DNA from: Felis catus
Lineage: Eukaryota
Length of the DNA stretch: 64,000 nt
Reading direction: 5' to 3'
Assembly: GCF_018350175.1 (NCBI RefSeq)
Contig: NC_058368.1
Location: 98,520,001-98,584,000 of the forward strand
The translations under genes and the position numbers were made by a program. Below are positions 37,641-50,456 of the stretch, piece after piece. Below the pieces are notes generated by a model. The model had not been told where the DNA came from. It did not search any database and saw only the letters and a program-made list of their open reading frames with translations. Every line of letters starts with the position of its first letter. The stretch's first letter is position 1.

Positions 37641-37821
37641 GGGGCATCTAAGTGGCTCAGTGGGTTAAGCATCTGACTCTTGACTTTGGCTGAGGTCCTG
37701 ATCTCACAATTAGTGGGATTGAGCCCTGCCTCAGGCTCAGCACTCACAGCACAGAGCCTGCTTGGGATTCTTGCTCTCCCTCTCTCTCTGCTCTTCCTTC
37801 ACCCTCTCTCTCTAAAAAAAT
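37641..37821 (+). mobile_element. Can-SINE
   Basis: Canonical; TSD agaWtatgtga. Confidence 0.93.
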
Positions 37822-38837
37822 AGAATATGTGAGATGACATAGTGGAAGACCTAAGAAAATACAACTAAATTTTTAATTCACCATTGTTTAAATGTTAAAA
37901 AAAAAGTTTTAACAAGTCTGTTTCTGAGAATTAATACAGTAACAACAGGTTTTCACAGATGTCAGAGTCAGATGTACATCTTCCTAATGTGTAGTTTATG
38001 AAATTTTTGTTTTTGGGGGGTGGTGAGGGTACTGACCATTCATTGATTATTTATTGATTAAACAGGTGTTGAGTGTGCACTCAGCAAGCGGGCACTGTGC
38101 TGAGAGTGTCTCTCACGTATTAAACCCAAAATACACCTTATCTTTATCTTGTATTGAATTTGACATTTAGAACACAAATTTAGGTAAATGCCAGGGTTTT
38201 ACTCTGAAGATGTAGCAATTTCCTGTGTTTGAAACTGTTTGTCCTTTTTGGTTCTGTACAGTTCAGGGAAAAAAACATTTATACAACCTTCTGATGGCTA
38301 ATTCCCATAACCAAATTGTGTAAATCAAATATAACCACAAAGTTCTACGAGCACAGGATATGATTCATACCTTGCTCAATGTCTTCGTTTCTGTTTTTTT
38401 CTTTTTTTTTTTCTGGATTTTTTTCTTTGACTACTGTGGGATGTGTTCCTTCTAAAGTCAGCCACAGCAGTTTGCATTTATTATGTGGCTCTTCTGCCTG
38501 AAAGAACACCAGATAGATGTGTTTTCTTCATCATGCCACTGAAACAGGTCCAACATAATCATCTAAAAATTAGCATCATTTCTGTAAAATCATTTCTATG
38601 TAGGTTTTGTCAATGCAGGCTCACCCTGAATGTTATTCCTCAAACGTGCAATGATTTGTTTTCTACTACTTGATAAAATTCTCAGATGGCAGTGGCTATC
38701 TGTAATCTACAGTTCATTATTTTACATGTTTTTTGCTTGAAAGGGAGAAATGTTAGGCATTTTTACACCTAGTGGTTTAAAGCTTAAATTTGTGAGCTTT
38801 CCTTGAAAACTTGTTTATATTATACTAAAAACCTTCT

Positions 38838-39045
38838 AATGTTTTTAATGTGTATTCATTTTTGAGAGAGACAGAGAGAGCATGAGCAGGGGAGGAGCAG
38901 AGAGAGAGGGAGACACACAATCCAAAGCATGCTGCAGGCTCTGAGCTGTCAGCACAGAGCCTGACGCAGGGCTCCAACCCACGAATTGTGAGATCGTGAC
39001 CTGAGCCAAAGTCAGATGCTTAACCTACTGAGCCACTCAGGCGCC
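38838..39045 (-). mobile_element. Can-SINE
   Basis: Canonical, reverse orientation. Confidence 0.94.
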
Positions 39046-39467
39046 TTTTCTGACTCTTGTCTCCAGTCACATCCCAACCCCACTACTTGTCCCTACCTTC
39101 ACTCCTACCCCTGCTTTTGAACCAGAGGCTCCTGTATTCCAATAACAGCATCCTTGTGGTAAACTCTGGCACCACCTTCCTCCCTGTCCCCAAGTCTTTT
39201 GCATAGCTCTGGATTGGATTTTTCAACAGAATCCTTTTAATAAAGCCATGTTAGCACTTGAGTAAGGAAAGGAAAAGTTATAACGAGGAGGAATAAAATC
39301 CCACTGTTCTTTTCCTTAAATTATAAACAATCCTATATGGCTCTTTAATGTAACAGACTCTCTCTCTCTATATATATATATATATCTCGCTCCTATGCTA
39401 GTCTATAGCACAGAAGACAAATACTTTTTCCTAAATGGCCAGGGTAAGTTGGGAAAGAAAACTCTTT

Positions 39468-39681
39468 TTTTTTTTTAAATGTTTTTATTCATTTGTGAGA
39501 GAGAGAAAGAGAGAGCACAAGTGTGGGAGCAGCAGAGAGAGAGGGATTCACAGGATCTGAAGCAGTCTCAAGGCTCTGAGCCATCAGCACAGAGCCTGAT
39601 GCAGGGCTCAAACTTCTGAACCGTGAGATCATGACCTGAGCCTAAGTTGAACACTCAACCGACTGAGCCAGCAGGCGCCCC
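39468..39681 (-). mobile_element. Can-SINE
   Basis: Canonical; TSD aagaaaactctttttt. Confidence 0.95.
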
Positions 39682-41071
39682 AAGAAAACTCTTTTTTAAG
39701 GGGAACTTCATTCCTTGATGTGCTCTTTAAATGTTGTGTCCTGGATGTAAATAACAAGAGATTGTAAGTGTCCTTGAGTAAGGATAGATTAAGGAAATTG
39801 ATTTTCAAATCCTCTACTTCCACATAGGCTCTTTCTTGGGGAAATGCTTACTCTGAATGGACACGCCTGTTCTCCTTTCTTACCTCCCCTCTGACGGTTA
39901 TTGACACCTGTCCCCATCCCAAATCTTACCTGCTGGGTTGCCCAGAAATGCAGAAGCTTCCAGGTGTTAATGGGAAACTCCTTTAATCACAACATCATAG
40001 ATAGATGGACCCCATCTATCTTAGCAATAGATTCATTTCCAATAAGGCTTTTAAAATTTTTTTATGTTTTAAAAATGTTATTTATGATGATTTATAATGT
40101 TTTTCTGAACAATTGGTTACTGCAGGTAAGTGTTAAAATAATTCTAGAAGAAATTTTAGTCATTTAAATCCTGTGTTCATAGGAAATGTTGATATACCTT
40201 TATATTTAATTATATATTTTTATTGCAAAGAAATATGATAGGGTGTTCAGCAAAAACATTCAGGTATAAAAATACATTAAGATAAAAACTTGTAGGGAAA
40301 ATGGAGTGAAAATATGATTTCAATGAAGGAAAAGCCATGAAATTTTTGAATATTAAAAAGGATAGGTTCATATGTTTTGAAGTGAATGATGAGGTAATTA
40401 CATCATCGTGGTTATTTTCATAACTTTTTTTGGATACATTTTAGAAAGTCATTTCACAGTTTTATCCAAAATGGAAGTTATATCCTTTGAAACTATTGAA
40501 AATCATCAAAAAAAATTTGATTCCAACTTTCAAAATGGGGAGATGTCTAACTTAAAATCACCTCAGGAAGTAAAAGATTAAAAAAATTGGGAGAGCCACA
40601 CATCTCAAGGTCACAGTTCGTGGACAATTCTAAGCATCACACTTTCATTGTATATTTTCCTTTTTTTTCTAGAGGGACTCCTCACCCACAACATAGTTAC
40701 TTTTTTCTGCCTCAAGCTCTTACAGCTGTTTTGAAAACAGTACTTTTCCTTGGAGAAGGATCTGTCACTGCAGGGCAGAGTTCCTGCAACATCCTCACCC
40801 TTGGCCTTTGAAATCTCTTGCTCCACGTTTTGATTTCCTCATATCAGGATCAATCCTGAAAGTCTGCTCCCTGTGATGTCATGCCGTCACCTTGCGAAGC
40901 ACGGTGGAAGCATATGGATTGCTAGGCTGGTTGAAAAGGGACTCCTAGTGGCACTTGTTGGGAGCCAGAGGGTTTTGTTTGAGGGAAACTCAGACCTACA
41001 GATGAACCACTTTCTGGGGATGGAGAAAGAAACCTTGTCACTGTCTAAACTTCTAATCGTATTTGAGCTTT

Positions 41072-42306
41072 GCAACACTTTTTCCTGAAATTACTCTGTC
41101 AGGTGTTGCTAATAATTTATTAAGAATTAAATCTAAAGGATATCTTGTAATCTGTATCTCATTTGAATTATCTGCATTGCTTGACAGGGATGACAATCAC
41201 TTCTTTGCTATTGTAGCTTCCATGACATTTGATTCTTTGATCACCCCGTGGCTCCCACTAGTCCCTCTCAAGCTCTTTCGTGGGTAGTTCTTGGTCTGTC
41301 TGTCACCAAATTCTGCCTTAAAAAAAATTTTTTTAATGTTTAATCTTTTTTGAGAGAAAGTGAGAGAGAGCAGAGAAGGTGCAGAGAGAGGAGACACATA
41401 ATCTGAAGCAGGCTCCAGGCTCGGAACTGTCAATACAGAGCCAGATGTGGGGCTCGAACCAACGAACTGCGAGATCATGACCTAAGCCAAAGTCAGATGC
41501 TCAACCGACACAGCCACCTAGGCACCCCAAACTCTGCTTTTTTTACTCTAAAACACTGTTTTTGATGACCCCACCCTCAGTCTGGTCTTTGGCTACCAAT
41601 AAGATATTAACACAGCTCAAATCCATTTCCCCTCTGGCCATTCTGCTGAGTTTCATGCTAATCTTGCAACCTACTTTCAGTATGTATGGATTTTTGATTT
41701 GATGTCAATTGTGTTTCCCTTAAACATGGGTCAAATTGTTGTTTCAGAAAGATGTATGATATATATCCAGTGATTTCCCACACACTCTAACATAAAATAT
41801 CAACCTGTAGGCACACATACCTCTTCAGCTAAACACAAAATGTGGCCATACTCAAGTTATTCACTGATTTCTCAACATTAGAACTCTGCTTTGGCCCACT
41901 GGGTCATTTCACTCTCTAGGAGAGCTCCCTTCAGTCTCTGCTACAGTAATTGTCCCCCATGTGGGATGCTCATTTTTTTCTGTCTTCCCTTAGCTAGATA
42001 CTCCCCCTTGTTTCAAGGGTTGCTCCAATATTCACACACTCCATACTATCATTCTTAACTATTCTGATCCCATTCACCTTAATATTCTAGAACTCCATTA
42101 AAATGTTTTGTGCTTGAAAATTCATTTGCACAGGAAGTCATATACAGTCTTCGACTTACACATGACAACTTCATGCATATGTACTTCGATTTTGCAACTA
42201 ACATCTAAGCTCTTAGAGTATGAGGGGGCCTTTATTCACTAACTTCTAATGCCTAGAAGTTAGGTGTGAACATAATGGTGTTTAAAAAGCGCTTGCTACA
42301 TGAATA
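41072..42306 (+). mobile_element. L2 relic including RT-domain remnant, interrupted by a SINE
   Basis: ORF 41063-41287 'PEITLSGVANNLLRIKSKGYLVICISFELSALLD' resembles L2/CR1 RT 'TETAL.KVTNDLL.AKSNG.FSVLILLDLSAAFD'; L2-like 3' end 'ctaagctcttagag...atgcctagaa...tgaata'. Confidence 0.7.
41320..41528 (-). mobile_element. Can-SINE nested in L2
   Basis: Canonical; TSD aaaYtctgcYtt. Confidence 0.94.
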
Positions 42307-42728
42307 GTTTAAAAAGTCACTAATTGTCAAAGTCAGGGTGTAGAAATGGGAGATTTATTATCATCAGAAAGTCCCAGAGCTAGTGTTATGTTTTACTGGA
42401 ATAAGCAGTCACCTATGGCATAAGATTTGACAGTGTGAAAAATCTATCCCCCTTAAAGATTCTGCTTCTATGCTTAAAGTTCTCCTGGTTTCTCAGAGTT
42501 AATAAAGCCCTAGGAAAAAATGCAAATGTTATTTGGAAACGTAGTTGGGTTCCATTAGTTTACCAGATTAGTCAAATTACTTGTTCAGACTTAAAGAGCT
42601 TGCTGCTCTGGGGAAGGCCGTGGCTGGAGAAATATTTAGGGCAATAAGGATGTATGCTCAATGTGTTGACTGTGGGAAGGAATGAAGCGTGTGCTGTGAA
42701 AAAGTCATGGGCACAGAAAGAAGCTCTT

Positions 42729-42952
42729 TTTTTTTTTTTAATTTTTTTTCAATGTTTATTTATTTTTGGGACAGAGAGAGACACAGCATGAACGGGGGAG
42801 GGGCAGAGAGAGAGGGAGACACAGAATCGGGAACAGGTTCCAGGCTCTGGGCCATCAGCCCAGAGCCTGACGCGGGGCTCGAACTCACGGACCGCGAGAT
42901 CGTGACCTGGCTGAAGTCGGATGCTTAACCGACTGCGCCACCCAGGCGCCCC
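42729..42952 (-). mobile_element. young SINEC_Fc-type SINE
   Basis: CpG-rich; perfect TSD agaaagaagctctt at 42715-42728 and 42953-42966. Confidence 0.97.
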
Positions 42953-43254
42953 AGAAAGAAGCTCTTGAAGGGACCGTGTCTATACTAGACGGATATGTTT
43001 TGTGCAAGGTGACTTTGGCAGAGTACATGTTGAGCAGAGCCTTACATTTAGTGAAAGTATCATCATATGTACAATCAGAGTTACCTCCTTCCAGGAAATG
43101 TTCTATCTAGGGTCCTCTGTGCCTTGTACATTTCATTATAGCACCAAAGATATATATTTCCTTGGATATTTTGACTTTGTTCAATTATCATTTATATAAG
43201 AAAGAAGAAGGTTGGTCAAGGAAGGGAGCAAACAAAAGAACAAAGGGGAAGAAA

Positions 43255-43460
43255 GTAACATTCGTATGTTGCCTGTTAGAGTGACTAGTACTGTGTAGAC
43301 ACTTGAAATACTTATTTTATGTATTTTCACAGTAAGAGAGTTTCTCTGAGAAGAAAGCGAGATTCATAAAAAGTAGTTAAATAGTCCAGTGTCACTTGCT
43401 TAGTAAGAGTTCATTATGATATTTAATATAAGAGCTCTCTAATTGTACTTTCTATGCTTT
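43255..43460 (-). mobile_element. MIR relic
   Basis: 'taacattcgtatgttgcct...tactgtgtagacacttg...ttcacag...agtgtcacttgcttagtaag'. Confidence 0.5.
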
Positions 43461-43650
43461 ATTTTTTTACAAAACTCTGATTAAAATTGAGAAAAGAGTA
43501 TAAAAGTAAAGAGAGAAACATCATGAGAGCTTAGATTATCACTCATCCTGTGACTCGGCATTTTTATGTGATGCCAAATTCCAGAGTATAGGAAGGTAGT
43601 CAGGTTTCTGAGTTATAGGTGACATAAACCAAGTTTTGAATTTTTTTAAG

Positions 43651-44052
43651 TGTCTGAGTTTGTGTTCCAGGAGCAGACTCTGAGACAGGATTCATATGCA
43701 AATAGATTATTTGGGAAGTGATTCCAGTAACATGAGCAGAGGAATTGGGAAATGTTAGAGAAAGGGGAAAGAAGCCAAAAAAAAAAAAAAGTGCATTATC
43801 AAACAGGCCACTATAGTAGCTTAATCCCTAATGATTATTACCCCTCAGGGGAAAGCTAGGCATTGTGAGCCAACTCTTAGCAATTACTGATGAAGGGCTG
43901 TTCCTGTAGGCCCTTAATTCTCCAGTATTTCCAGCGTGTTTTCCAGCCTGTGTAGGATGGGGCGGGCTCAGGCAACCAGAGCAAGCCTTCAAGCAAAGAG
44001 CAGGTGCTGACAGTTGGAAGTTGACTGGCAGGTACTGAAGTCATCTGCTGCA
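43651..44052 (-). mobile_element. ERV-L LTR33-like solo LTR
   Basis: TG...CA ends; 'agcagactctgagacaggatt...tttgggaagtgattccag...ttaattctccagtatttcc...gacagttggaagt'. Confidence 0.75.
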
Positions 44053-44079
44053 TTAAGGAAAATAATATGCTAAAAGAAT

Positions 44080-44550
44080 ATTAGGTTGTGGATGGAATCA
44101 CCAGAATGCCAGAGACTTAAAGTCAAGTAGTCTAGAAAAATTCCCCAAACTCCTTCATGAAATGCATTTGTGATGACCAGCATGTAGCCCCACAGCACAA
44201 TGAAAGCTGCCTAGAACACCTCGGCAGAGTTAGGCCTTGACCTGTAACACCCACCTTAGCGTCCCTGCTCTGGCTACTTCTGGCATTTGATCTTGCTGTA
44301 ATTTTCCTCTCTGCCAGAGAGCTTCTTTAGTCAGCCATCTCTAGAAATGCGATTGGCAACACACAGGTCATTTGCCTGAGCTCCAGCTGCAAGAGAAGCT
44401 AGGAGACTATCTGAAACATTAGCTTCTGTGGTGGGAAGCGCTCTTGGATAATCCCATCAGAGTTCACAAGGTGTGAGGGGTGATTCTGGAAGCATAGAAA
44501 AGGAGTTAAGATACCCATTCTCCGGGAAAGAATAACAAATATCCACCATC
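44080..44550 (-). mobile_element. MaLR LTR (MLT1M/MLT1N2-like)
   Basis: 'gattgg...ggtcatttgcctgagctccagctgcaagagaagctagga...agcttctgtggtgggaag...aacaaatatccacca'. Confidence 0.65.
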
Positions 44551-44964
44551 TGCAATTAATATTTTTTAATTGACAAATTTTAAATGACTCTGTTGGACTG
44601 GTTTTCAGAAATCATCTGTGCAACACAGAATTCCATCAGGAAGGGTGCAAGGGATGTTCGGTGGAGAGTCGCAGCCTTAATAAGGGCTTAGGCTTAGCTC
44701 AGTCTTGTTTTAGTGCCATTGTTGTTTTTCTGGGTCAAAATTCTTAACTCCCTTGGCTTTTTCCATTACTTCCCTTCTTTTTCTTTTGACATATAAGAAA
44801 CTTTGCTGTGAGAAGAAGTCTTTCTCCAAATGCATCCCTAGGGCACTATTAAAAACCAAGAGCGGCAGGCTCTTCTCCCTGCGTTGGAGCTATGAGTCAC
44901 TGACTCAGTCATTATATGCGTCATGAGCCTGAGCCTACCCATAACCCCGTGAAGGCAATTCATT

Positions 44965-45445
44965 TTGACAGTACTTTGCTGTGCACCAAGAGCTATTTGA
45001 GGCAAAGAAAGAGGTGAAATATGAAGAAGGAATCGACCTCAAGGGAGTTTATAATCTCATGGAGTATATAAGGTAGCCAAGTGTATAAGTGACCTGTAAG
45101 GGCGTAAATGAGGAAGAAGATACTCACTGTGGGAATGGAGAGAGGGGCACGGTTACCTCCTTTAGAGTCTGGGTCTCAGGTAGTTTAGGGCGTTTGAGCA
45201 GCTCCTGCTTGAGGTGGGGGAAGAATTTGGACAAGGGAGTTGTTGAGATGTGGCAGTGCTCACTGCCGCTAAAACCAAATAAGGAGAACATGGGATGTGT
45301 TGAAAAAGATTAAATGGCCTCATTTGCTCAGAATTTTTAGTGTGTGTAGAGTAATAGAGGGAGATACAGATAGAAAAGTAGTGTGTGAATAGTTACCTTG
45401 TGCAGATCAAGTCCCATCATGAAAAGCCCCGTAGGAGCTTTGGAA
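44965..45445 (-). mobile_element. L2 relic
   Basis: 'gacctcaagggagtttataatct', purine-rich body, 'taggagctttgga'. Confidence 0.5.
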
Positions 45446-46420
45446 AACATGACCCTGACTGAGACCTAAGCTGTGTGTTTCTTTTCATGTTCAGCAAAGT
45501 GCCTGCTCTTCTGTCCATCTGCAGGCATTGAGCTAATTAATTTAGCTTTGAATAAGAAATTCACTATTAGAAATCAAACTCTCTTCAGACCAATATCACA
45601 TTCAAAGACAAAAAGGGTTTGCATGCACTAAATGTTGCATAGACGTTATTTTGCTCAAACTGATCTTTCTTTATGCTCTAGTCTCACATCTGTCTGAATA
45701 TCTCAGTTTCATAGTGACAAGTACCTTGCAGATAATGAGACAGATAGAACTGTTCTGAAAAACATAAAAGAACAAAGCTTCAAAAGAGTGTCTCTCATAC
45801 TCTGTCTTTCGATTTCTGCCACAACTTAGTGGTTAAAATAATGCCATTATACCAGTTTCCACTAAGTATGACAAACTGTTCTAATTAAGCCATTTAAAAC
45901 AACAATTTTATTCCTAACATATGTGCAACCAAATGTGTTTTTAAATTAATTTTCCATTGCTCTTTTGTTCAAATTAGAGTTTTCATCATTGCAAATGTGA
46001 TTCTGCAAAATGAAAATACTAGAAACCAAAATTGGTGACAAGAAAATTAATTTCTTGCTTATTGGAATTTGTACTGGCAATATGTTATATAACAAAACAA
46101 AAAAAAAAACAACAAAAAACAAAAATTTTCTTCCATAATAAAAGTATTCACTAATTTTTAAACATTAAAAACCTAAAACACAATATTATTAAAGAAGAAG
46201 GCATAAAAATTCTATTAGTTATCTTACTGGGACATATGTGCATTAGAAAATGTTAGAGTATTTAGATTTGGAGTATTTTCCCTTCAAATAAACTTCAAAG
46301 ATGTTTTTCATTCTCTATTTACCTTATACCATTTGAGCATTGATATGCAAGCTTGGTTTAGATGTTTTGATGCTGTACAATTATGTATATAAATTCTTAA
46401 ATGTTTCTATATTTCCTGTT

Positions 46421-46625
46421 TTTAAATTTTATGTATTTATTTTGAGAGAGAGATAGTGAGCGAGCAGGGGAGGGGCAGAGAGAGAGGGGGACAGAGAATC
46501 CCAAACAGGCTCCGCATTGTCAGCAGGGAACCCATTGCAGGACTTGAATTCACAAACCATGAGATCATGACCTGAGCCAAAATGAAGAGTCGGATGCTTA
46601 GCCAACTGAGCCATGCAGGCATCCC
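46421..46625 (-). mobile_element. Can-SINE
   Basis: Canonical; TSD tatatttcctg at 46408 and 46627. Confidence 0.95.
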
Positions 46626-46829
46626 ATATATTTCCTGCTTATAATTTATGTTACCTCCATAGGAAAACAGCTCTAAAATATCAATTATTTGGGTACAAGT
46701 ATTTTTTGAAAATTATGAATTTCACAGTAGGGTAAAGAATAAAATGTGAAGAATTTGAATCATCCCATTTCATAATTTGTAGTAATTAAAAAAGCCAGCG
46801 GTAAAAATTCATCCTTATTTCATAGTTCC

Positions 46830-47490
46830 TTTTACCTAGAACGCCTCTGCCACCAGCTTATGCCAGTATACCAGCCAGCACCTGTCAGCTGCACCACTGT
46901 CATTGACCTCCTGAGTAATTTCCTGACAATCATGTCCTTCGTTCACTCCGTTTTCCATAAAGTGGTCTGAGCTGTCTTTTAAAATTGAAAATCTAATAAT
47001 GTCACTTCACTTGCTTAAAACTTGTCAGTGGCTTCTTACTGCTCTTGGAGTAAAATTGTAAAATATTAACATAGCCTAGCAGGACGTGGATAATGTAGGT
47101 TTTGTCTAGGTCTGGAGCCTCTCTGCAGACCTTTCTAAAAGTGACTGTCTTTGTGGAGTCCTCCCACACCTACTCCCCAGTTTCTCAAATATGCTATTCT
47201 TCTTTCTAGAATGCTTCTGTCTCCTTTATTTCCTAGTTAGTAACTAACTGTCCTGCAAATTAAAGAACAAACCATATTTCAGTTCAGATCTTTTCCATCG
47301 TTATCGGCTCACCAGAGCCATGTTCCTTCTGTTCACATTGTCTTCATTAGTTACTAGTAATAATTTGTGTGACTATTTGAATAAATTCTGTCTCCCTAAC
47401 TAAAGTAGGAGGTCATGAAGGAAGGGATTCTGTATGAATTTGATCACAATTTCATCCTTATCATCTAGCATAATACCTGGCACTTGTTAC
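46830..47490 (+). mobile_element. L2 3' region (tail displaced to ~50157-50185 by L1 insertion)
   Basis: 'atgtcacttcacttgcttaaaacttgtcagtggcttc', 'catgaaggaagggattctgt...tctagcataatacctggcac'. Confidence 0.8.
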
Positions 47491-47499
47491 TAAATTGAA

Positions 47500-49123
47500 C
47501 GTCTTTTAAAAAATACTTAGCAAAAAACAAACAAACAAACAAACAAAAAACTAGAAAAGCAAATCCAGCAATACATAATAAGGATTTCAGGATTTCAGAC
47601 TATGACCAAGTGGGATTTATCACAGGAATGCAATGTTGGTTTAACAGTTAAATAACAAATTAACACACCGTAGTAATAGAATAAAGCACACACACACAAA
47701 TGATTACCTCAAAAGATTCAGAAAAAGCATCTGATGATATATAATACTCTTTCATGATAAAAATATTCAACAAACTAGGAATACATGGTAACTTCTTCAA
47801 TCTGGTAAATTGTACCTACCAAAAACCCATAGTGACAAAATGTAAAAACTGAATGTGTTTCATTTAATATCAGGAACAAGCCAAGAATATGTATACTGAC
47901 ACTTCTACATAAAATTGTGTTAGAGATCCTATACAGGTAAATTAGGCAAGAAGAAGAAATAAAAAGAATCCTGACTCTCATGGAAGAAGTAAAACTGCTT
48001 CTCTTTGCATATGGCATAAACTGGTACATAGAAATTCTAAGTAATCCATCAGAAAATATTAGAATTAATCAATCTCACAAGGTTTCAGGATAAGAGATCA
48101 ATATGTGAAAAATAAGTATGTCTAAATGTTACTGATGAAAAAATAAATTAAGGAAATAATTGCATTTGGGGACACCTGAGTGGCTCAGTCAGTTAAGCAC
48201 CCAACTTCAGCTCAGGTCATGATCCCACGGCTCGTGGGTTCGAGCCCCATGTCTGGCTCTGTGCTGACAGCTCAGAGCCTGTAGCCTATTTCAGATTCTG
48301 TGCCTCCCTCTCTCTCTGCCCCTCTCCTTCTCTCTCTCTTACACTTTCTCTCTCTCAAAAATAAACATTTTAAAAAATCTTAAAAAAGAAAATAATTACA
48401 TTTAAAATAGCATCAAAAAGAACAAAACAGTAATAAACTTAACAAAAGAAATTCAATGCTTGTACATTAAAAACTTCAAAATATTGTTTAAAGAAATTAA
48501 AGATCTAAATAAATGGAAAGACATCTCATGTTCATGGATCAGAGCACTTAATATTGTCAAGATGGCAGTACTTGCCAAATTGATCCATAGGTTCTGTGCA
48601 ATCCCTATCAAAATCCTAGATTTTTTTTTCATTTGTAGTCATGGATAATCTACAGATAAAACTTTTATAATATGCTAGTGATCCAAAAGAACCAAAACAA
48701 TTTTGAAATAGGACCAAGTCAGAATACTCAGTTTCCTACTTCAAAATTTACTGCAAAGGTACAGTGATCACGAGAGTGTTGTCCTCACATGGGGGTAGAT
48801 ACATTGAATAGAAGACTAGAAATGAGAGTCTAGAAACAAAGTCTTGGATTTGTGGTCAGTTGACAAGAGTCCCAGACAATTAAATGGGAAATATTTTTTT
48901 AATAAATTGCTTTAAGACAACAGAATATCCATATGCAAAAATAGGGAAGCTGAACTTCTACATCATGCTATACACAAAAATTAAATTAGATCATAAACTT
49001 AAATATGAGAGTTAAAACTATAAACATCTTTGGTACAAATATAGGGGTAAACTTTACTCTGGGCAAGGCATTGGCTTCATGGATATGACGCTAAAAGCAT
49101 AAGCAAAAAAGGAAGAAGAAGGA

Positions 49124-49164
<41 letters not shown>

Positions 49165-50156
49165 GAAAGAAAGAGAAAAATAGGTCACATGAATTACATC
49201 AAAATAAAAAAAAATATTTTGTACTTCAAATGAAGCCAGCCTGAAAGTAAAAAGGCAACTCAGAGAAGGAAGAGAATATTTCTAAATCATATACCTCATA
49301 GAAGGCTTGAATCTAGAATGTATAAAGAATTCTTACAACTCAGTAATAAAATATAAATAGTTAGAAATGAAAAATAAATTGAAGGAGAGATTTTTCATGT
49401 AAGAGATGCAAATGGCCAGAAAGCATCTGAAAATTGCTTAACATCATTAGTCACTAGAGAAATCCAAATCAAAACCACAACAAGTTATCATTTCACTCCC
49501 ACATTCATGGGTATAATAAAAAAGACAGACAATAACAACTATTCGTGATGATGTGGAGAAATAGGAATTCTCAAACATTACTGGTGTAACATAAAACTAT
49601 GCAACCACTTTGGAAAACAATATGGCAATTCCTCAAAAATGTAAGTATAGAGTACCCAGATGACTCAAGAGTTTCATCCAAGATAGTGAAAACATTTATC
49701 CATGCAGAAACTTGTATATGAATATTCATAACAGCATTATCCATGATTGTCCAAAATGGGAACAACCACAATGTCTGTCAACCTAAAATAAATAAGTAAC
49801 ATGTTACATATTCATACAAAGGAATGTTGTCAATAAAAAGAAATGAAATACTGATACATGGTTCAACTGGATGTTCCTTGAAAATATTATGCTAAGTGAA
49901 AAAAGCCAGTGACAAAATAACCACATATTATCTGATTCCATTTGTATGAAGTGTCCAGAATAGGCAAAACTATAAAGTTAGAAATTAGTAAGGGACAGGG
50001 GTACTGGGGATGGCAGTGGATTGGAAATTTCTTTTTGAGGGCACAGAAATGTTTTACATTTATTTTGTAGTGATGGTTATACAATTCTATGAATATACTT
50101 AAAAAATGTAATATTATAGCATATGAGTTATGTCCCAGTAAAGATGCTTTAAAAAT
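47500..50156 (+). mobile_element. L1MB-type fragment (RT domain to 3'UTR)
   Basis: ORF 48460-48648 'KEIKDLNKWKDISCSWIRALNIVKMAVLAKLIHRFCAIPIKI' is L1 ORF2p; 3' end 'gttatgtcccagtaaagatgctttaaaaa'; (GAAA)n at about 49127-49178. Confidence 0.92.
48168..48387 (+). mobile_element. Can-SINE nested in L1
   Basis: Canonical; TSD aaataattRcattt. Confidence 0.95.
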
Positions 50157-50220
50157 GATTGATCGAATGAATGAATGAACAAACCAATACTAATATAAAG
50201 TTATACATTGAAGATATTTT

Positions 50221-50329
50221 ATATTATACTTTTTTATTTTTAAAAAAATCTTGAGGAACTTTATTTTTTTGGAGAGAGTGCATGCACATGAGCAGGAGAG
50301 GGGCAGAGGGGGAGAGCGAGAGGGAGGGG

Positions 50330-50365
<36 letters not shown>

Positions 50366-50456
50366 CTTAAGCAGGCTCCAGCCCACAACCCTGGGATCAT
50401 GACCTGAGCAGAAATCAAGAATTGGATATTTAACTGACTGAGCCACCCAGTGCCCC
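50221..50456 (-). mobile_element. Can-SINE with internal deletion
   Basis: TSD tgaagatatttt at 50209 and 50457. Confidence 0.93.

Noticed and set aside
38440..38720. Unique sequence that looks like a conserved non-coding element
   Set aside because: Conservation cannot be judged from one sequence, and there is no distinctive motif cluster.
40000..40600. AT-rich block resembling an old DNA transposon
   Set aside because: No terminal inverted repeats or family motif could be identified confidently.
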